From Alphaproteobacteria bacterium (GTDB taxonomy: Bacteria > Pseudomonadota > Alphaproteobacteria > JBFXJJ01): a DNA stretch of 64,000 bases. Under the pieces are notes generated by a model that was not told the DNA's origin, made no database searches, and saw only the letters and a list, made by a program, of their open reading frames with translations. This document shows, in pieces, positions 1-12,434 of this stretch; the first letter of the stretch is position 1; each line of letters starts with the position of its first letter. The stretch is taken from positions 1 through 64,000 of the forward strand of contig JBFXJJ010000005.1 in NCBI GenBank assembly GCA_050175015.1, read 5' to 3'. The position numbers were made by a program, and so were the translations under genes.

Positions 1-11
1 GAAATAAAATT

Positions 12-623
12 ATGAATTATGAACTTTTTAATATCTTTATGATTTCAGCGTTTATTCAAAACCTAGCATTGTCATATTTCTTAGGAATGTGTACCTTTTT
101 AGCTGTATCTAAAAAAATTGAAACAGCATTAGGTTTAGGATTGGCTGTTATTGTGGTTCAGACCATAACGGTTCCCGTTAATAACCTTTTGCTTAATTAT
201 ATTTTGAAAAAAGGTGCGCTTAGCTGGCTCGGTTTTCCTGATGTTGATTTAAGCTTCTTGTCTTTAATCTGCTTTATCGGCTCGATTGCAGCAATCGTTC
301 AAATTCTTGAGATGGTTTTGGATAAGTTTTTTCCAGCTTTATATAATGCCTTGGGAATATTCTTGCCGCTTATTACCGTAAATTGTGCAATTTTAGCGGG
401 ATCGTTATTTATGGAAAGCAACGCTTATAATTTTTCACAGAGTATTGCTTTTGGCTTAGGAAGCGGTTTCGGCTGGGCTTTGGCAATAACATTGCTCGCA
501 GCAATTAGAGAAAAATTAAAATACAGCGACGTTCCTGACGGTTTGAAAGGTTTGGGTATAACTTTTGTTACCGCAGGTCTTATGGCTCTTGGTTTTATGG
601 CTTTTGCAGGATTTAAAGTATGA
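12..623 (+). CDS. nqrE: Na(+)-translocating NADH:quinone reductase subunit E
   Basis: Hydrophobic 203 aa with [13 protein letters not shown] and [10 protein letters not shown] motifs; directly upstream of nqrF. Confidence 0.95.
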   Translation: MNYELFNIFMISAFIQNLALSYFLGMCTFLAVSKKIETALGLGLAVIVVQTITVPVNNLLLNYILKKGALSWLGFPDVDLSFLSLICFIGSIAAIVQILEMVLDKFFPALYNALGIFLPLITVNCAILAGSLFMESNAYNFSQSIAFGLGSGFGWALAITLLAAIREKLKYSDVPDGLKGLGITFVTAGLMALGFMAFAGFKV

Positions 624-1855
624 TGAATAACGAAATGATGCAGGAAGTATGGCTGGGCGTTTTATTCTTTACTGCAGTGATAATTGCGCTAGTAATTTTA
701 ATTGTTATTGCCAGAAAATATTTAGTTCCATCGGGCAAAGTTAAAATTGTAGTTAATAAGGATAACGAATTTGAAACATCTCTTGGCGGCAAATTGTTGA
801 ATGTTTTAGCTGACAACGGAGTTTATGTGTCATCGGCTTGTGGTGGCGGTGGTACTTGTGGTCAATGCAGAGTTAAAGTTGAAGAGGGCGGTGGTAGTAT
901 TCTGCCGACCGAAAAGACGCATATTACAAACAAAGAGGCTCGAGAAGGCGATAGACTATCCTGCCAGCTTGTTGTTAAACGTGATTTGAAGATAAAAGTT
1001 CCTGAGAGTGTTTTGGGCGCTAAAAAATATATCTGTAAGGTCAAATCAAATCGAAATGTGGCATCTTTTATCAAAGAGTTGGTCTTGGAGCTGCCCAAGG
1101 GTGAAACTATCGATTTTAGAGCTGGCGGTTATATTCAGATTGAAAATAAGCCATATAACATAAGTTTTAGAGACTTCGATATTGATGAAAAGTTTAAAGA
1201 AGAGTGGGATAAATATAAGCTTTGGGATTTGAAAGCAGAGTGCAAAACTGTTGAGCAGCGTGCCTATTCTATGGCTAACTATCCTTTAGAGAATAATATC
1301 ATTATGCTCAATGTTCGAATCGCAACCCCTCCTTTAAGAAAAAATGTTCCACCTGGCATTATGTCTTCATATATCTTTAATTTAAAGGCTGGTGATGAGG
1401 TTACCGTTTATGGTCCTTTTGGTGAGTTTTTCGCTAAAGAAACAGATAAAGAAATGGTGTTTATTGGCGGTGGAGCTGGTATGGCGCCTATGCGTTCTCA
1501 TATTTTTGACCAGTTGATAAGATTAAAAAGCAATCGTAAAATTTCATTTTGGTACGGCGCCAGAAGTAAAAAAGAAATGTTCTATGAAGAAGATTTTAAT
1601 AAACTTGCTAAAGAATACCCTAATTTTTCTTGGAATATTGCGTTATCAGAACCAGATAAAAGTGATAATTGGGGAGGTTATTGCGGTTTTATCCATAGTG
1701 TTATATGTGATAACTATCTTAAGAATCATAAAGAACCAGAAGAATGTGAATTTTATATCTGCGGTCCTCCTATGATGCTTGACTGTGTAACAAATTTGTT
1801 GGATAACCTCGGGGTCGATAAAGAAAATGTGATGTTTGATGATTTCGGCGGTTAG
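620..1855 (+). CDS. nqrF: Na(+)-translocating NADH:quinone reductase subunit F
   Basis: N-terminal TM helix, 2Fe-2S motif [18 protein letters not shown] motif RAYSMA, NAD motif GGGAGMAP, C-terminal DDFGG. Confidence 0.97.
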   Translation: MMNNEMMQEVWLGVLFFTAVIIALVILIVIARKYLVPSGKVKIVVNKDNEFETSLGGKLLNVLADNGVYVSSACGGGGTCGQCRVKVEEGGGSILPTEKTHITNKEAREGDRLSCQLVVKRDLKIKVPESVLGAKKYICKVKSNRNVASFIKELVLELPKGETIDFRAGGYIQIENKPYNISFRDFDIDEKFKEEWDKYKLWDLKAECKTVEQRAYSMANYPLENNIIMLNVRIATPPLRKNVPPGIMSSYIFNLKAGDEVTVYGPFGEFFAKETDKEMVFIGGGAGMAPMRSHIFDQLIRLKSNRKISFWYGARSKKEMFYEEDFNKLAKEYPNFSWNIALSEPDKSDNWGGYCGFIHSVICDNYLKNHKEPEECEFYICGPPMMLDCVTNLLDNLGVDKENVMFDDFGG

Positions 1856-1919
1856 GGCGGTTTTTGATAAGAGGTGTTTTTAAAAAACGATTTTTTTTAT
1901 TGTAATATAACGTTTTTTG

Positions 1920-1948
1920 TTGACTATTCTATCGTTTATTATTATTTT
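1920..1948 (+). promoter_or_regulatory. Possible sigma70 promoter for the ATPase operon
   Basis: TTGACT-17 nt-TATTTT; weak evidence in AT-rich DNA. Confidence 0.3.
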
Positions 1949-2088
1949 ACAAACCGTCTGGTTAGTTAAGAAAAGACAATAAAGATTGATTACCTAAATC
2001 AAAAGTTTTAGGTTAATATACGAAAGTTTTCTGGCATAAATAAAAAAATTGTGTTAAATGACTTTGAAGAAAATATAAATGCTTGTAA

Positions 2089-3525
<1,437 letters not shown>

Positions 3526-3562
3526 TGTTTAATCTAAAACATAATAAAAAGAGGATAACGCT

Positions 3563-3955
3563 TTGCAATTAAAAGTTTTTCTTCCAACTCAAATTTTAGT
3601 AGATGAGCCTTGCAGTAAAGTTGTTGCTGAAGATGCTAAAGGCTTATTCTGTTTGCTTCCTAAGCATATTGACTATGTTTCAGAAATTGCACCATCGGTT
3701 GTCAGTTATGTTGATGACAATGGTAATGAAAAGTTTATTGCCACGGATAAGGGCGTTTTAACTAAGCAAGGCAATGAAGTTAGAATTTGTACCGCAAGAG
3801 GTTTTGTTTCTAATAATATTGATGACATTAATAAAAAAATGAAAGAAGAGTTCTTAGTCGCTAATGAAGCTGATGAATACAAAGAAGCTCAAAATGCGTT
3901 GGCTCGACTTGAAATTGGAATTATGCGTCACTTAATGACTTTGGGTGGTAAATAA
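3563..3955 (+). CDS. atpC: N-type ATPase epsilon subunit
   Basis: TTG start; GLFCLLPKHIDYV resembles the epsilon beta-sandwich; follows atpD. Confidence 0.9.
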   Translation: MQLKVFLPTQILVDEPCSKVVAEDAKGLFCLLPKHIDYVSEIAPSVVSYVDDNGNEKFIATDKGVLTKQGNEVRICTARGFVSNNIDDINKKMKEEFLVANEADEYKEAQNALARLEIGIMRHLMTLGGK

Positions 3956-4342
3956 ATGGACGATAAGTTTTTTATCAAAGATGACGCAAAAAAAGAAAAT
4001 ATCTTTGATAGAGGCATATCAAAAAATGTTGATGAGAAAACGGTAGAAAAGATAGGAGAAAAGTTAAAGAGAAGGATAGAAGCAAGAAAAGGCAAAAGAG
4101 GTAATCCTTATATGGGATTTCTTTTTATGGGAATGGTTGGCTGGTCATTTGCGGTTCCCTTTGTTTTAAGTCTTGGTTTGGGAGTTTGGCTTGATAGCAA
4201 ATTTGAAACTTCTAGTGTTTGGACGTTAAATTTTTTGTTTATTGGTCTTGGGCTTGGTCTCTTTAATGTTTTTGTTTGGTTTAAAAAAGAACTTTTGATT
4301 ATGAATAGAGAGAAAGAGGAAAAAGAAAAAAGTGGCAGCTAG
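3956..4342 (+). CDS. atpQ: N-ATPase accessory membrane protein AtpQ (AtpZ/AtpI-like)
   Basis: Two TM helices with GMVGWS..P..LGVWLD; operon position. Confidence 0.85.
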   Translation: MDDKFFIKDDAKKENIFDRGISKNVDEKTVEKIGEKLKRRIEARKGKRGNPYMGFLFMGMVGWSFAVPFVLSLGLGVWLDSKFETSSVWTLNFLFIGLGLGLFNVFVWFKKELLIMNREKEEKEKSGS

Positions 4343-4652
4343 TTTTATAATTGCAGGTTGTTTTTTTTCAGGGATTATGGTTGGTTTGCTATATCTCTGT
4401 GCTTTGTGGCATACAGTAAAAAAACTACCTCAAGGAGATAAGACTAAATTATGGTTTCTTGGAAATGCTCTTTTAAGAGTTATTATGGTGGTTGTTGCTT
4501 TTTATTACTTATCTGGAGGCGATTTTTATAATTTAATAGCTTTACTTGTGGGTTTTATGGTTGTCAGATACTTTGGAACTAAAAAAATTATAAAAAAAAT
4601 TGAAAAGATGGTTGCTCAAAGAAAAGAAGTAGCGTTAAAAGAAGTAGAATAA
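4332..4652 (+). CDS. atpR: N-ATPase subunit AtpR
   Basis: Small hydrophobic protein with LWHTV and two membrane-embedded Arg (LLRV, VVRY); lies between atpQ and atpB. Confidence 0.85.
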   Translation: MAASFIIAGCFFSGIMVGLLYLCALWHTVKKLPQGDKTKLWFLGNALLRVIMVVVAFYYLSGGDFYNLIALLVGFMVVRYFGTKKIIKKIEKMVAQRKEVALKEVE

Positions 4653-4689
4653 AAAATAAATTAAAAATATTTTCCATTTAGGGAGAAAT

Positions 4690-5481
4690 TTGATGGATTT
4701 TAAAATTGATGAAATAATAGTTTTTAGTTGGAAAATGCCTGATATTGGGTTGATTGGCGGTTATGATATAGCTAAATATCTTCCTAAATATATTGAAGTT
4801 CCAGCAACAATTTTTAATGCTTGGATTGTTATGGCGGTATTGTCTGTTATTGCTTGGCTTGCAACTAGAAGACTTACATCTAGTTTTGAGATGAGCAAAT
4901 GGCAAAATCTTATGGAAGTTGTTATTAAAGGCATTAGAGACCAAATTAGAGAAGTCTGTGGTCAGGATCCAAAAAGATTTTTACCTTTTATTGGAACATT
5001 ATTTTTATTTATTTTTGTAAGTAATTTAATGGCGATTATTCCAGGGTTTGTGCCACCTACAGCCTCGCTTTCAACCACAGCGTCTTTTGGTATCTGTGTG
5101 TTTTTTGCTGTTCCATTATATGGCATTTCAAGTGTTGGCGTAAAAAAATATTTCAAACAATATGTTGAGCCTTTTCCAGCAATGCTTCCTATGAACATTA
5201 TTTCAGAGTTTGCTAGAACGCTTTCTTTATCAGTTCGTTTGTTTGGAAATATTTTAAGCGGCGTAGTTATAGGTCTTATCTTGCTGTCTCTTGCTCCTTA
5301 TTTCGTGCCTGTCATTATGTCAGCAATGGGAATTCTTACAGGAACAATACATGCATATATTTTTCCTGTGTTAGCTATGGTTTACATAGCTTCTGCTCTT
5401 CAAACTTCTCCTTCAGAAGAAGTCTATGCGGATTCAGTTTTCGGTGCGGAAATTGAACCTGAAGCAAAGTTTGAAGCTTAA
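4690..5481 (+). CDS. atpB: Fo subunit a
   Basis: RTLSLSVRLFGNI with the essential Arg; PPTASLSTT. Confidence 0.95.
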   Translation: MMDFKIDEIIVFSWKMPDIGLIGGYDIAKYLPKYIEVPATIFNAWIVMAVLSVIAWLATRRLTSSFEMSKWQNLMEVVIKGIRDQIREVCGQDPKRFLPFIGTLFLFIFVSNLMAIIPGFVPPTASLSTTASFGICVFFAVPLYGISSVGVKKYFKQYVEPFPAMLPMNIISEFARTLSLSVRLFGNILSGVVIGLILLSLAPYFVPVIMSAMGILTGTIHAYIFPVLAMVYIASALQTSPSEEVYADSVFGAEIEPEAKFEA

Positions 5482-5528
5482 AAAAAATCGTTATCTGTTT
5501 AATAAATTAATTTAAAGGAGAAAATAAA

Positions 5529-5798
5529 ATGGATGCAGAAACTCTAGTTGGAGCTATGTCAGTTCTCGGAGCTTGCTTAGTAATGGGAATTGGTTCTATC
5601 GGCTCAGCTATTGGTGAAGGTTTGGCTGTTTCACAGGCTTTAGCTTCAATGGCACAACAACCTGATGAAGCTGGTAATGTTACCAGAACAATGTTTGTTG
5701 GTTGCGCAGTTGTTGAATCTACCGCTATTTATTCATTCGTTATCGCGATGATTGTGTTGTTTGCTAATCCTATCTGGAATCATGTAATCGGAGGTTAA
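5529..5798 (+). CDS. atpE: Fo subunit c with Na+-binding signature
   Basis: Helical hairpin with QQP loop; E30 and E63-S64-T65-x-x-Y68; SD AAGGAG. Confidence 0.95.
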   Translation: MDAETLVGAMSVLGACLVMGIGSIGSAIGEGLAVSQALASMAQQPDEAGNVTRTMFVGCAVVESTAIYSFVIAMIVLFANPIWNHVIGG

Positions 5799-5802
5799 TA
5801 TA

Positions 5803-6591
5803 ATGCTACCTAGCATGAATATAGTAATAGCTCAAGCTGTTAACTTCTTTGTTCTTATTTGGCTTATGGTGAAGTTTCTTTATCGCCCAATCATAAATGC
5901 TATGAACGAAAGAGAAAAAAGAATAGCTTGGAGTATCAAAGAAGCTAGAGAACAGGCTGAAAATGCACGTAAAGAGGCTGAAACATTCCGTTCTAAAAAT
6001 GAAGAATTTGATAAAAAACGTGAAGAAGCATTAGCTAAAATGCAAGGTGAAGTTGAAGATTTACGCAAAGCTATGATGACTGAAATCAAAAGCGATGTAG
6101 ATGGTTTACGTCTTCGCTGGAAAGAAGAGCTTGATGGCGAAAGATCTTCAATGGCAACTGATGCTCGTCGTCTTTTTGCAAAACAATTTTCAAATTTTGC
6201 TAGCAAGGCTTTAAGCGATCTTGCTGAACAAGGATTAGAAGATCGTATGATTGATAAATTCATAAGCAAAATTGAAGGTCTTGATAAAAAAGAAGTTGAA
6301 GCATTCAAAAAAGCTATTGAATCAACAAAGAAAGTTGCAATTCGCAGTTCTTTCAAAGTATCAAAAGATATGGAAAAAGGAATTGTTGCTGCTCTTAAAA
6401 AAGTTTCTAACGTTGACAGTTTTGAAGTTGAAACCAAACTTTCGGAAGAATTAGTTTGCGGAATAGAGGTTGATGCTGGAAGCTGGTCAGTTTTATGGAG
6501 CTTAAACAGCTATATTGAAAGTTTTGCAAGTGAACTTGACGCTAGATTAGAAGAGCTTTCTTCTGTGGCTGTCAAAGGTGTTGCTGCATAA
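5803..6591 (+). CDS. atpF: Fo subunit b fused to a delta-like C-terminal domain
   Basis: N-terminal TM (QAVNFFVL..LYRPI), coiled coil, delta-like LVCGIEV..WSL; no separate atpH in the operon. Confidence 0.9.
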   Translation: MLPSMNIVIAQAVNFFVLIWLMVKFLYRPIINAMNEREKRIAWSIKEAREQAENARKEAETFRSKNEEFDKKREEALAKMQGEVEDLRKAMMTEIKSDVDGLRLRWKEELDGERSSMATDARRLFAKQFSNFASKALSDLAEQGLEDRMIDKFISKIEGLDKKEVEAFKKAIESTKKVAIRSSFKVSKDMEKGIVAALKKVSNVDSFEVETKLSEELVCGIEVDAGSWSVLWSLNSYIESFASELDARLEELSSVAVKGVAA

Positions 6592-6624
6592 ATAATAATA
6601 GATAGAAAAATCAGGAGTTTATCG

Positions 6625-8178
6625 ATGCTAAAGAGTGCATTAAATGAAGCATTCGAACTTATAGACGAAGTTTCAAAGAAAGATATTTCAGAGTTACGTT
6701 TTGTTGAAACGGGAACAATTACCGTAGTTGGTGATGGTATGGCAGAAGTGGAAGGTCTTGACGGCGTTAAAGCTGATGAGCTCGTGATTTTTCCAAATAA
6801 CCTTCTTGGCGTTGTTATCTCACTTGGCACTGAAAAAGTTGGTATTGCCCTTTTGGGTGCTTCAGAAGAATTAAAAGCTGGTGATAAGGTAAGAAGAACA
6901 GGCCGCGTTATTGACGTTCCTGTGGGTGAAGGACTTTTGGGACGTATTGTTGACGTCGTTGGTCGTCCTCTCGATAACAAAGGACCTATTCGTTATTCTG
7001 AACGTCGTCCTATTGAAAGAGAAGCTCAACCGATTATGCATAGAAAATCAGTTGAGGTTCCTTTGCAGACTGGTATTAAGGCTATTGATGCTTTAATTCC
7101 AATCGGTCGTGGTCAACGTGAACTTATTATTGGTGATAGACAAACAGGTAAAACGGCTATAGCCCTTGATGCCATTATTAATCAACGTGATTCCGATGTT
7201 ATATGTATTTATTGTGCTATCGGACAGCGTGGAACTGCGGTTGCTCGTGTGGTCAGTGATCTTAAAAAATATGGAGTTATGGAAAAATGCGTAGTTGTCG
7301 TTGCTTCTGGTGAAGATCCTGCTGGTATGCAGTATATGTCTCCTTATGCTGCAACCTCTATCGGTGAGTATTTTATGGAAAAAGGCAAAGATGTTTTAGT
7401 TGTTTATGATGACTTAACAAGGCATTCACAAGCTTATCGTCAGATGTCTTTGCTTTTACGCCGCCCACCTGGTCGTGAAGCTTTTCCTGGTGACGTTTTC
7501 TACATTCACTCAAGATTGCTTGAACGTTCAACCAGACTTAGACCAGAATTTGGAGGTGGTTCATTAACAGCTCTTCCTATTATTGAAACCCAAGCTCAAA
7601 ACCTTTCAGGTTATGTTGAAACTAACTTAATATCTATTACAGACGGACAAATTTATCTCAATCCAATTTTGTTCCAAAAAGGACAATTGCCTGCGATTGA
7701 TATGGGACGTTCCGTTTCTCGTGTTGGTGGTAAGGCTCAGGTTCCTGCATATCGTTCAGTTGCTGGTGACTTACGTCTTTCTTATGCTCAGTTCGAAGAA
7801 TTAGAAGCATTTGCAAGATTTGGTACTCAGCTTGACCCTGAAACCCGCAAAAACTTAACTCGTGGTGAACGTGTTCGTGAAATTTTGAAGCAAAACCAAT
7901 ATAAAGTTTTGGAAGTTGCTGACCAAATTATAACAATGTTAGTTGCGACCGAAGGCTTGTTTGATGATATTGAACTGCCAAAGGTTCTTGACGCTGCTGA
8001 TGTTGTTAGAAAATATGTTAAAGAAAGACACAGCGATATTCATAGCGCTATTACTAATCGTGAAAAACTAACTGACGATATGAAGAAGACTTTAGCTGCT
8101 ACAGCTAAAGAAGGCTTAGAAATCAGTGGTTTTATAAAGAAACAAAGTGATATGGAAACATTAGATGCAAACGCTTGA
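6625..8178 (+). CDS. atpA: N-type ATPase alpha subunit
   Basis: GDRQTGKT, RRPPGREAFPGDVFY, SITDGQI. Confidence 0.97.
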   Translation: MLKSALNEAFELIDEVSKKDISELRFVETGTITVVGDGMAEVEGLDGVKADELVIFPNNLLGVVISLGTEKVGIALLGASEELKAGDKVRRTGRVIDVPVGEGLLGRIVDVVGRPLDNKGPIRYSERRPIEREAQPIMHRKSVEVPLQTGIKAIDALIPIGRGQRELIIGDRQTGKTAIALDAIINQRDSDVICIYCAIGQRGTAVARVVSDLKKYGVMEKCVVVVASGEDPAGMQYMSPYAATSIGEYFMEKGKDVLVVYDDLTRHSQAYRQMSLLLRRPPGREAFPGDVFYIHSRLLERSTRLRPEFGGGSLTALPIIETQAQNLSGYVETNLISITDGQIYLNPILFQKGQLPAIDMGRSVSRVGGKAQVPAYRSVAGDLRLSYAQFEELEAFARFGTQLDPETRKNLTRGERVREILKQNQYKVLEVADQIITMLVATEGLFDDIELPKVLDAADVVRKYVKERHSDIHSAITNREKLTDDMKKTLAATAKEGLEISGFIKKQSDMETLDANA

Positions 8179-9046
8179 GGGACTTCGCAGAAAACTTGCC
8201 ACAACTAAAGATCTTCGTGATATTGTAAGCACGATGAAAACTCTTTCTGCGGTTAGTATTAACCAGTTTGAAAGAGCGGCAGTTTCTCTTGGCGAATATG
8301 ATAAAACCGTTAGAGAAGGTTTGAAAGCCGTATTAAAAGGCGGCGATGCTATGTTCAATTTTGATGCTAATTCTGAGAAACAGACGTTAGTTGTTGTTTT
8401 TGGCTCAGATTTAGGGTTGGTTGGGCGCTTTAATAAGGAAATAACCAAAACAGCGGTTGAATATTTATCTAAAAACGGTTTAGAAAAAGATGCCGAATTC
8501 ATAGCTTTAGGGCGCAGATGTTTTCCTCTTGTTGAAAGTATGGGGAAAAAACCTGTCGGTTTCTTTACACTTCCTAGTGCTGTTAAAGATATTGTTCCAG
8601 CGGCTATGGCTCTTTTGGTCAAGATTGATGATCTTTGCCAAGAAAAAAACATTAAAAGAGTTGTGTTGTTTAATAACTGCAAAAAAGGCAATTCTTTTGC
8701 TGTACCTGTTACGACTGAAATTTTACCAATTTCTAACGATTTTATTAAAGAAATCAAAGATGAAAAATGGCCAACCAATCAACAGCCCATTCATCGTACA
8801 GCTACGAGAGAGCTTTTTTCTTCACTTATTAAAGAACAACTGCTCACTTGGTTGTGCAGGGCTTGTGCGGAATCTTTAGCATCTGAATATGCTACAAGGT
8901 TAGCGACAATGCAGGCAGCTGAAAAAAATATTGATGAACATATCGATAATTTAACGATGGAATTTCAACAAAAACGCCAAGACAGCATTACTAATGAATT
9001 GTTAGACGTTGTTTCTGGAAGTGAAGTTCTTAAGTCAAGCAAGTAG
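8165..9046 (+). CDS. atpG: N-type ATPase gamma subunit
   Basis: IVSTMKTLSA, GSDLGLVGRFN, ASEYATRLATM, RQDSITNEL. Confidence 0.95.
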   Translation: MQTLEGLRRKLATTKDLRDIVSTMKTLSAVSINQFERAAVSLGEYDKTVREGLKAVLKGGDAMFNFDANSEKQTLVVVFGSDLGLVGRFNKEITKTAVEYLSKNGLEKDAEFIALGRRCFPLVESMGKKPVGFFTLPSAVKDIVPAAMALLVKIDDLCQEKNIKRVVLFNNCKKGNSFAVPVTTEILPISNDFIKEIKDEKWPTNQQPIHRTATRELFSSLIKEQLLTWLCRACAESLASEYATRLATMQAAEKNIDEHIDNLTMEFQQKRQDSITNELLDVVSGSEVLKSSK

Positions 9047-9097
9047 ACTCTCATCTAGCAGAGGTTTTATAATTATCTTTGTTATAAAATTAAATAT

Positions 9098-9127
9098 AGC
9101 CGCCGTAATTGGCGGCTTATTTTTTTA
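9098..9127 (+). terminator. Intrinsic terminator of the ATPase operon
   Basis: AGCCGCC-GTAATT-GGCGGCT followed by a T tract. Confidence 0.85.
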
Positions 9128-9450
9128 TCAATTTTTACAAGTTTTTTTATTTAAATCTAAAAGAGACATTTAGTATAAAAAAATATTACAAAATTATCTT
9201 TAAAATTGAACAAGGTTAGAAAGAAATTAAATATTTATCCCCTTAATAATATTTATTATTGTTGTTTTTTATTCTTTTTAAAGAAGCTTGACTATATTGC
9301 TTAAAAAATAAGTTTTTTTGTTTGTTTTGTTTCATCTTGGGTATATTGTTTTGGTATCATAAAAAATTCTTTTATACGTTTTAACCTCATTTTATTATGT
9401 TTTGCAAAAGACATTTATTTTAAAAAAAAATTAAAGGAGATAGGCTTCTT

Positions 9451-11076
9451 ATGACTAATGCTTTTTTTAAAGTTCCTGAACCTTGTAATGAACCAATTAA
9501 ATCTTATGAAAAAGGTTCTAAAGAAAGAGAAGATGTTATTAAATCCATTACCGAATTAAAAAATAAGCAGATAGAGATTCCACTTATTATCGGAGGGAAA
9601 GAAGTAAAAACGGGCAATATAAGGAAAATAACCTGTCCGCATAATCATTCTCAAGTTTTAGGTTTTTATCATCAAGCTGGTGAAAAAGAGATAAAAGAAG
9701 CGATTACTTCCAACCTTAGAGCAAGAAAAGAATGGGCTAATATGCCTTGGGAAGATCGGGCGGCTATTTTCTTGAAGGCGGCAGAGCTTCTTTCTGGTTC
9801 TTGGCGTTCAAAGCTAAATGCGGCCACAATGCTGGCTCAATCAAAAACCATTTTTCAAGCCGAAATAGATGCGGCTTGTGAATTAGCTGATTTTTGGAGA
9901 TTTAACAGTTATTATATGACGGAATTAATGTCTGAGCAGCCTTGTTCGTCAAAAGGTGTTTGGAATAAGGTGGAATACCGTCCTTTAGAAGGATTTGTTT
10001 TTGCTGTTACACCATTTAATTTCACGTCAATTGCAGGTAACTTACCGACAGCACCTGCAATGCTTGGAAATGTTGCTCTGTGGAAACCTGCGTCTAGTGC
10101 GGTTTATTCTTCTTATTTTGTTATGAAACTTTTAATGGCGGCGGGACTTCCTGATGGTGTAATCAACTTTGTTCCAGGGCTTGGCACTGAAGTTGGCGAT
10201 ATTGTTATGGCTTCGCCAGATTTAGCCGGAGTTCATTTTACTGGTTCAACGGCGGTATTTAAAAATATGTGGCAAGCTATTGCTTCTAATCTTGATAAAG
10301 CTAAATATTATCCCAGAATAGTTGGCGAAACTGGTGGCAAAGATTTTATTTTTGCTCATAGTTCGGCTGACGTTGATGAACTAGTCGTTGCATCTCTTAG
10401 GGGAGCTTTTGAATATCAGGGACAGAAATGTTCTGCGGCATCAAGACTTTATATTCCTAAAAGCATTTGGGGAAGTTTTAAAACAAAATATGTTGCCGAA
10501 GTCGGCAAGATAAAAATGGGTGATGTTGAAGACTTTTCTAATTTTATGTCAGCCGTGATTGATAAAAAATCATATGCCTCAATTACCGAATATATTGATT
10601 ATGCTAAAATTTCTCAAGAAACAGAAATAATTACTGGAGGCAGTTATAATGATGAGGTTGGCTATTTTGTGGAGCCAACTACTATTGTCACCACTAACCC
10701 TAAATTCAAGACTATGGTTGAGGAAATTTTTGGACCTGTTCTTACTATTTATGTTTACGATGATGATAAATTTGAAGAAACACTAAAACTTTGTGATGAA
10801 AGTTCCATTTACGGTCTAACAGGAGCTGTTTTTGCTAAGGATAGAAACATCATTAATAAAATGTCTAAAGCTCTTAAAGATGCTGCGGGCAATTTCTATA
10901 TAAATGATAAGCCCACTGGTGCTGTAGTTGGACAGCAGCCTTTTGGTGGAGGAAGAGCCTCTGGGACTAATGACAAAGCAGGGAGCAAACTTAATCTCTT
11001 ACGATGGGTTAATGCAAGGACAATTAAAGAAACTTTTGAACCAGCTAAAACTTGGCGTTATCCTTTTATGGATTAA
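9451..11076 (+). CDS. pruA: L-glutamate gamma-semialdehyde (P5C) dehydrogenase
   Basis: ALDH4-type motifs PFNFTSI, GETGGK, FEYQGQKCSA, EEIFGP, NDKPTGAVVGQQPFGG. Confidence 0.95.
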   Translation: MTNAFFKVPEPCNEPIKSYEKGSKEREDVIKSITELKNKQIEIPLIIGGKEVKTGNIRKITCPHNHSQVLGFYHQAGEKEIKEAITSNLRARKEWANMPWEDRAAIFLKAAELLSGSWRSKLNAATMLAQSKTIFQAEIDAACELADFWRFNSYYMTELMSEQPCSSKGVWNKVEYRPLEGFVFAVTPFNFTSIAGNLPTAPAMLGNVALWKPASSAVYSSYFVMKLLMAAGLPDGVINFVPGLGTEVGDIVMASPDLAGVHFTGSTAVFKNMWQAIASNLDKAKYYPRIVGETGGKDFIFAHSSADVDELVVASLRGAFEYQGQKCSAASRLYIPKSIWGSFKTKYVAEVGKIKMGDVEDFSNFMSAVIDKKSYASITEYIDYAKISQETEIITGGSYNDEVGYFVEPTTIVTTNPKFKTMVEEIFGPVLTIYVYDDDKFEETLKLCDESSIYGLTGAVFAKDRNIINKMSKALKDAAGNFYINDKPTGAVVGQQPFGGGRASGTNDKAGSKLNLLRWVNARTIKETFEPAKTWRYPFMD

Positions 11077-11162
11077 AAAGTCACAATGTTTTGTAACTAT
11101 AAAAAACAAAATGATTTTATTTAGACGACAGTTTTTCAAAATAGACTTTTTTATAGAGAACA

Positions 11163-12434
11163 TTACTCTGTTGTTTCGAGTTTATCCAAATCTGTACCGC
11201 AGAGATCTTTGACTTTTTGTTTAAGATAGGTTTCGATTTCATTAGCAAGTTTATCTTTACCCTTTGCTCGTTCTTTGATTTCATCGGCAAAGCTTTGATC
11301 ATATAAGGGAACGTTCTCATTAACATGTTGAATCGTCATAACTGATGCCGCATAAGCTTTGATCATATTGGGGGTAGGCTTATTGAATTCGGTATTATGC
11401 CCCATTGTTGAACAAACTTTTTTACATTCGTTTCTTCCGAGCAAATAAACATAACCTTTATTTTCGTTGAAGAGGTATTTTTTATGTTTAAATTTAAAGA
11501 ACCGAGAATGTTTGAAAAAATAGCTTTGAGAATCAACAGGATCTTCCTTTTTTTCATCAGGAATATAGTTGATGCTTGGGGTTACATCATCAGAAAAAGG
11601 GGAGACATCTGAAAAATAAAGACGGTTCTTGTCAAAATTGGAACATTTTTCGACCATATCATAGTCGCCATTTATTTGGGCTATTTTAAGTTCTTTTTCA
11701 TGTTGGAAATAAAAATCTGGATCAGAAACCATATAATCATAGCTAGCAGCAACGGCATAACAAACCAAGGTATTATCAGTTAAGGGATGCATAAGACTAG
11801 GCATTTCAAATATATCCCAAAGTTTAGGGTTATAAATGCCATCAATCTGATCAATTGGGAATTCGGGATCTATTTCAGAAAGATCTTTCTTATAAAGATT
11901 TTTATTCCAAAACCATCTGTCGCTAATACCACTATATAGCCGCCACTTTCTTTCTAAAAGCCAAGAAGAGCCTTCTTCGATAATTGCACGGACAAAGTCG
12001 CTTCGCAGGCAATTCATCGGTTTGCCATAATTCTTATAAGTCAATTTTTCAAAAGTTACATTCTGTTGACAAATCCAATTTTTTCTACGAGCATCAAGAT
12101 ACTTTTTTAAGTCATTTGAAACAAAAAGATAATTTTTATTCATTTCTTCAATCATTTTTGGAAAATCATTGCAAAAAACGTTCATTTCATCAAAGTCATA
12201 TTTGGTTGCGTCAAAAAAATATTTTTTTACTTCTGCAACATTTGGAATTTCATTCCACCTTGGTGAATATTTTAACCGAGCAAAAACAGAAGCAGGAGTA
12301 AAACTTTGTTCGGGAGGAGTTGAGGCAAATAAAGATTTTATTTGAGCATAAGTTACACCCTCGTGTTGAACATAACCTATGCTCGTTAGAGAAATTAAGA
12401 ATAGTATAATTAATAATATTTCTTTTTTGCTCAT
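11163..12434 (-). CDS. Hypothetical exported or membrane-anchored protein
   Basis: 423-codon ORF with a basic then hydrophobic N-terminus; no family recognised. Confidence 0.75.
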   Translation of the reverse strand: MSKKEILLIILFLISLTSIGYVQHEGVTYAQIKSLFASTPPEQSFTPASVFARLKYSPRWNEIPNVAEVKKYFFDATKYDFDEMNVFCNDFPKMIEEMNKNYLFVSNDLKKYLDARRKNWICQQNVTFEKLTYKNYGKPMNCLRSDFVRAIIEEGSSWLLERKWRLYSGISDRWFWNKNLYKKDLSEIDPEFPIDQIDGIYNPKLWDIFEMPSLMHPLTDNTLVCYAVAASYDYMVSDPDFYFQHEKELKIAQINGDYDMVEKCSNFDKNRLYFSDVSPFSDDVTPSINYIPDEKKEDPVDSQSYFFKHSRFFKFKHKKYLFNENKGYVYLLGRNECKKVCSTMGHNTEFNKPTPNMIKAYAASVMTIQHVNENVPLYDQSFADEIKERAKGKDKLANEIETYLKQKVKDLCGTDLDKLETTE

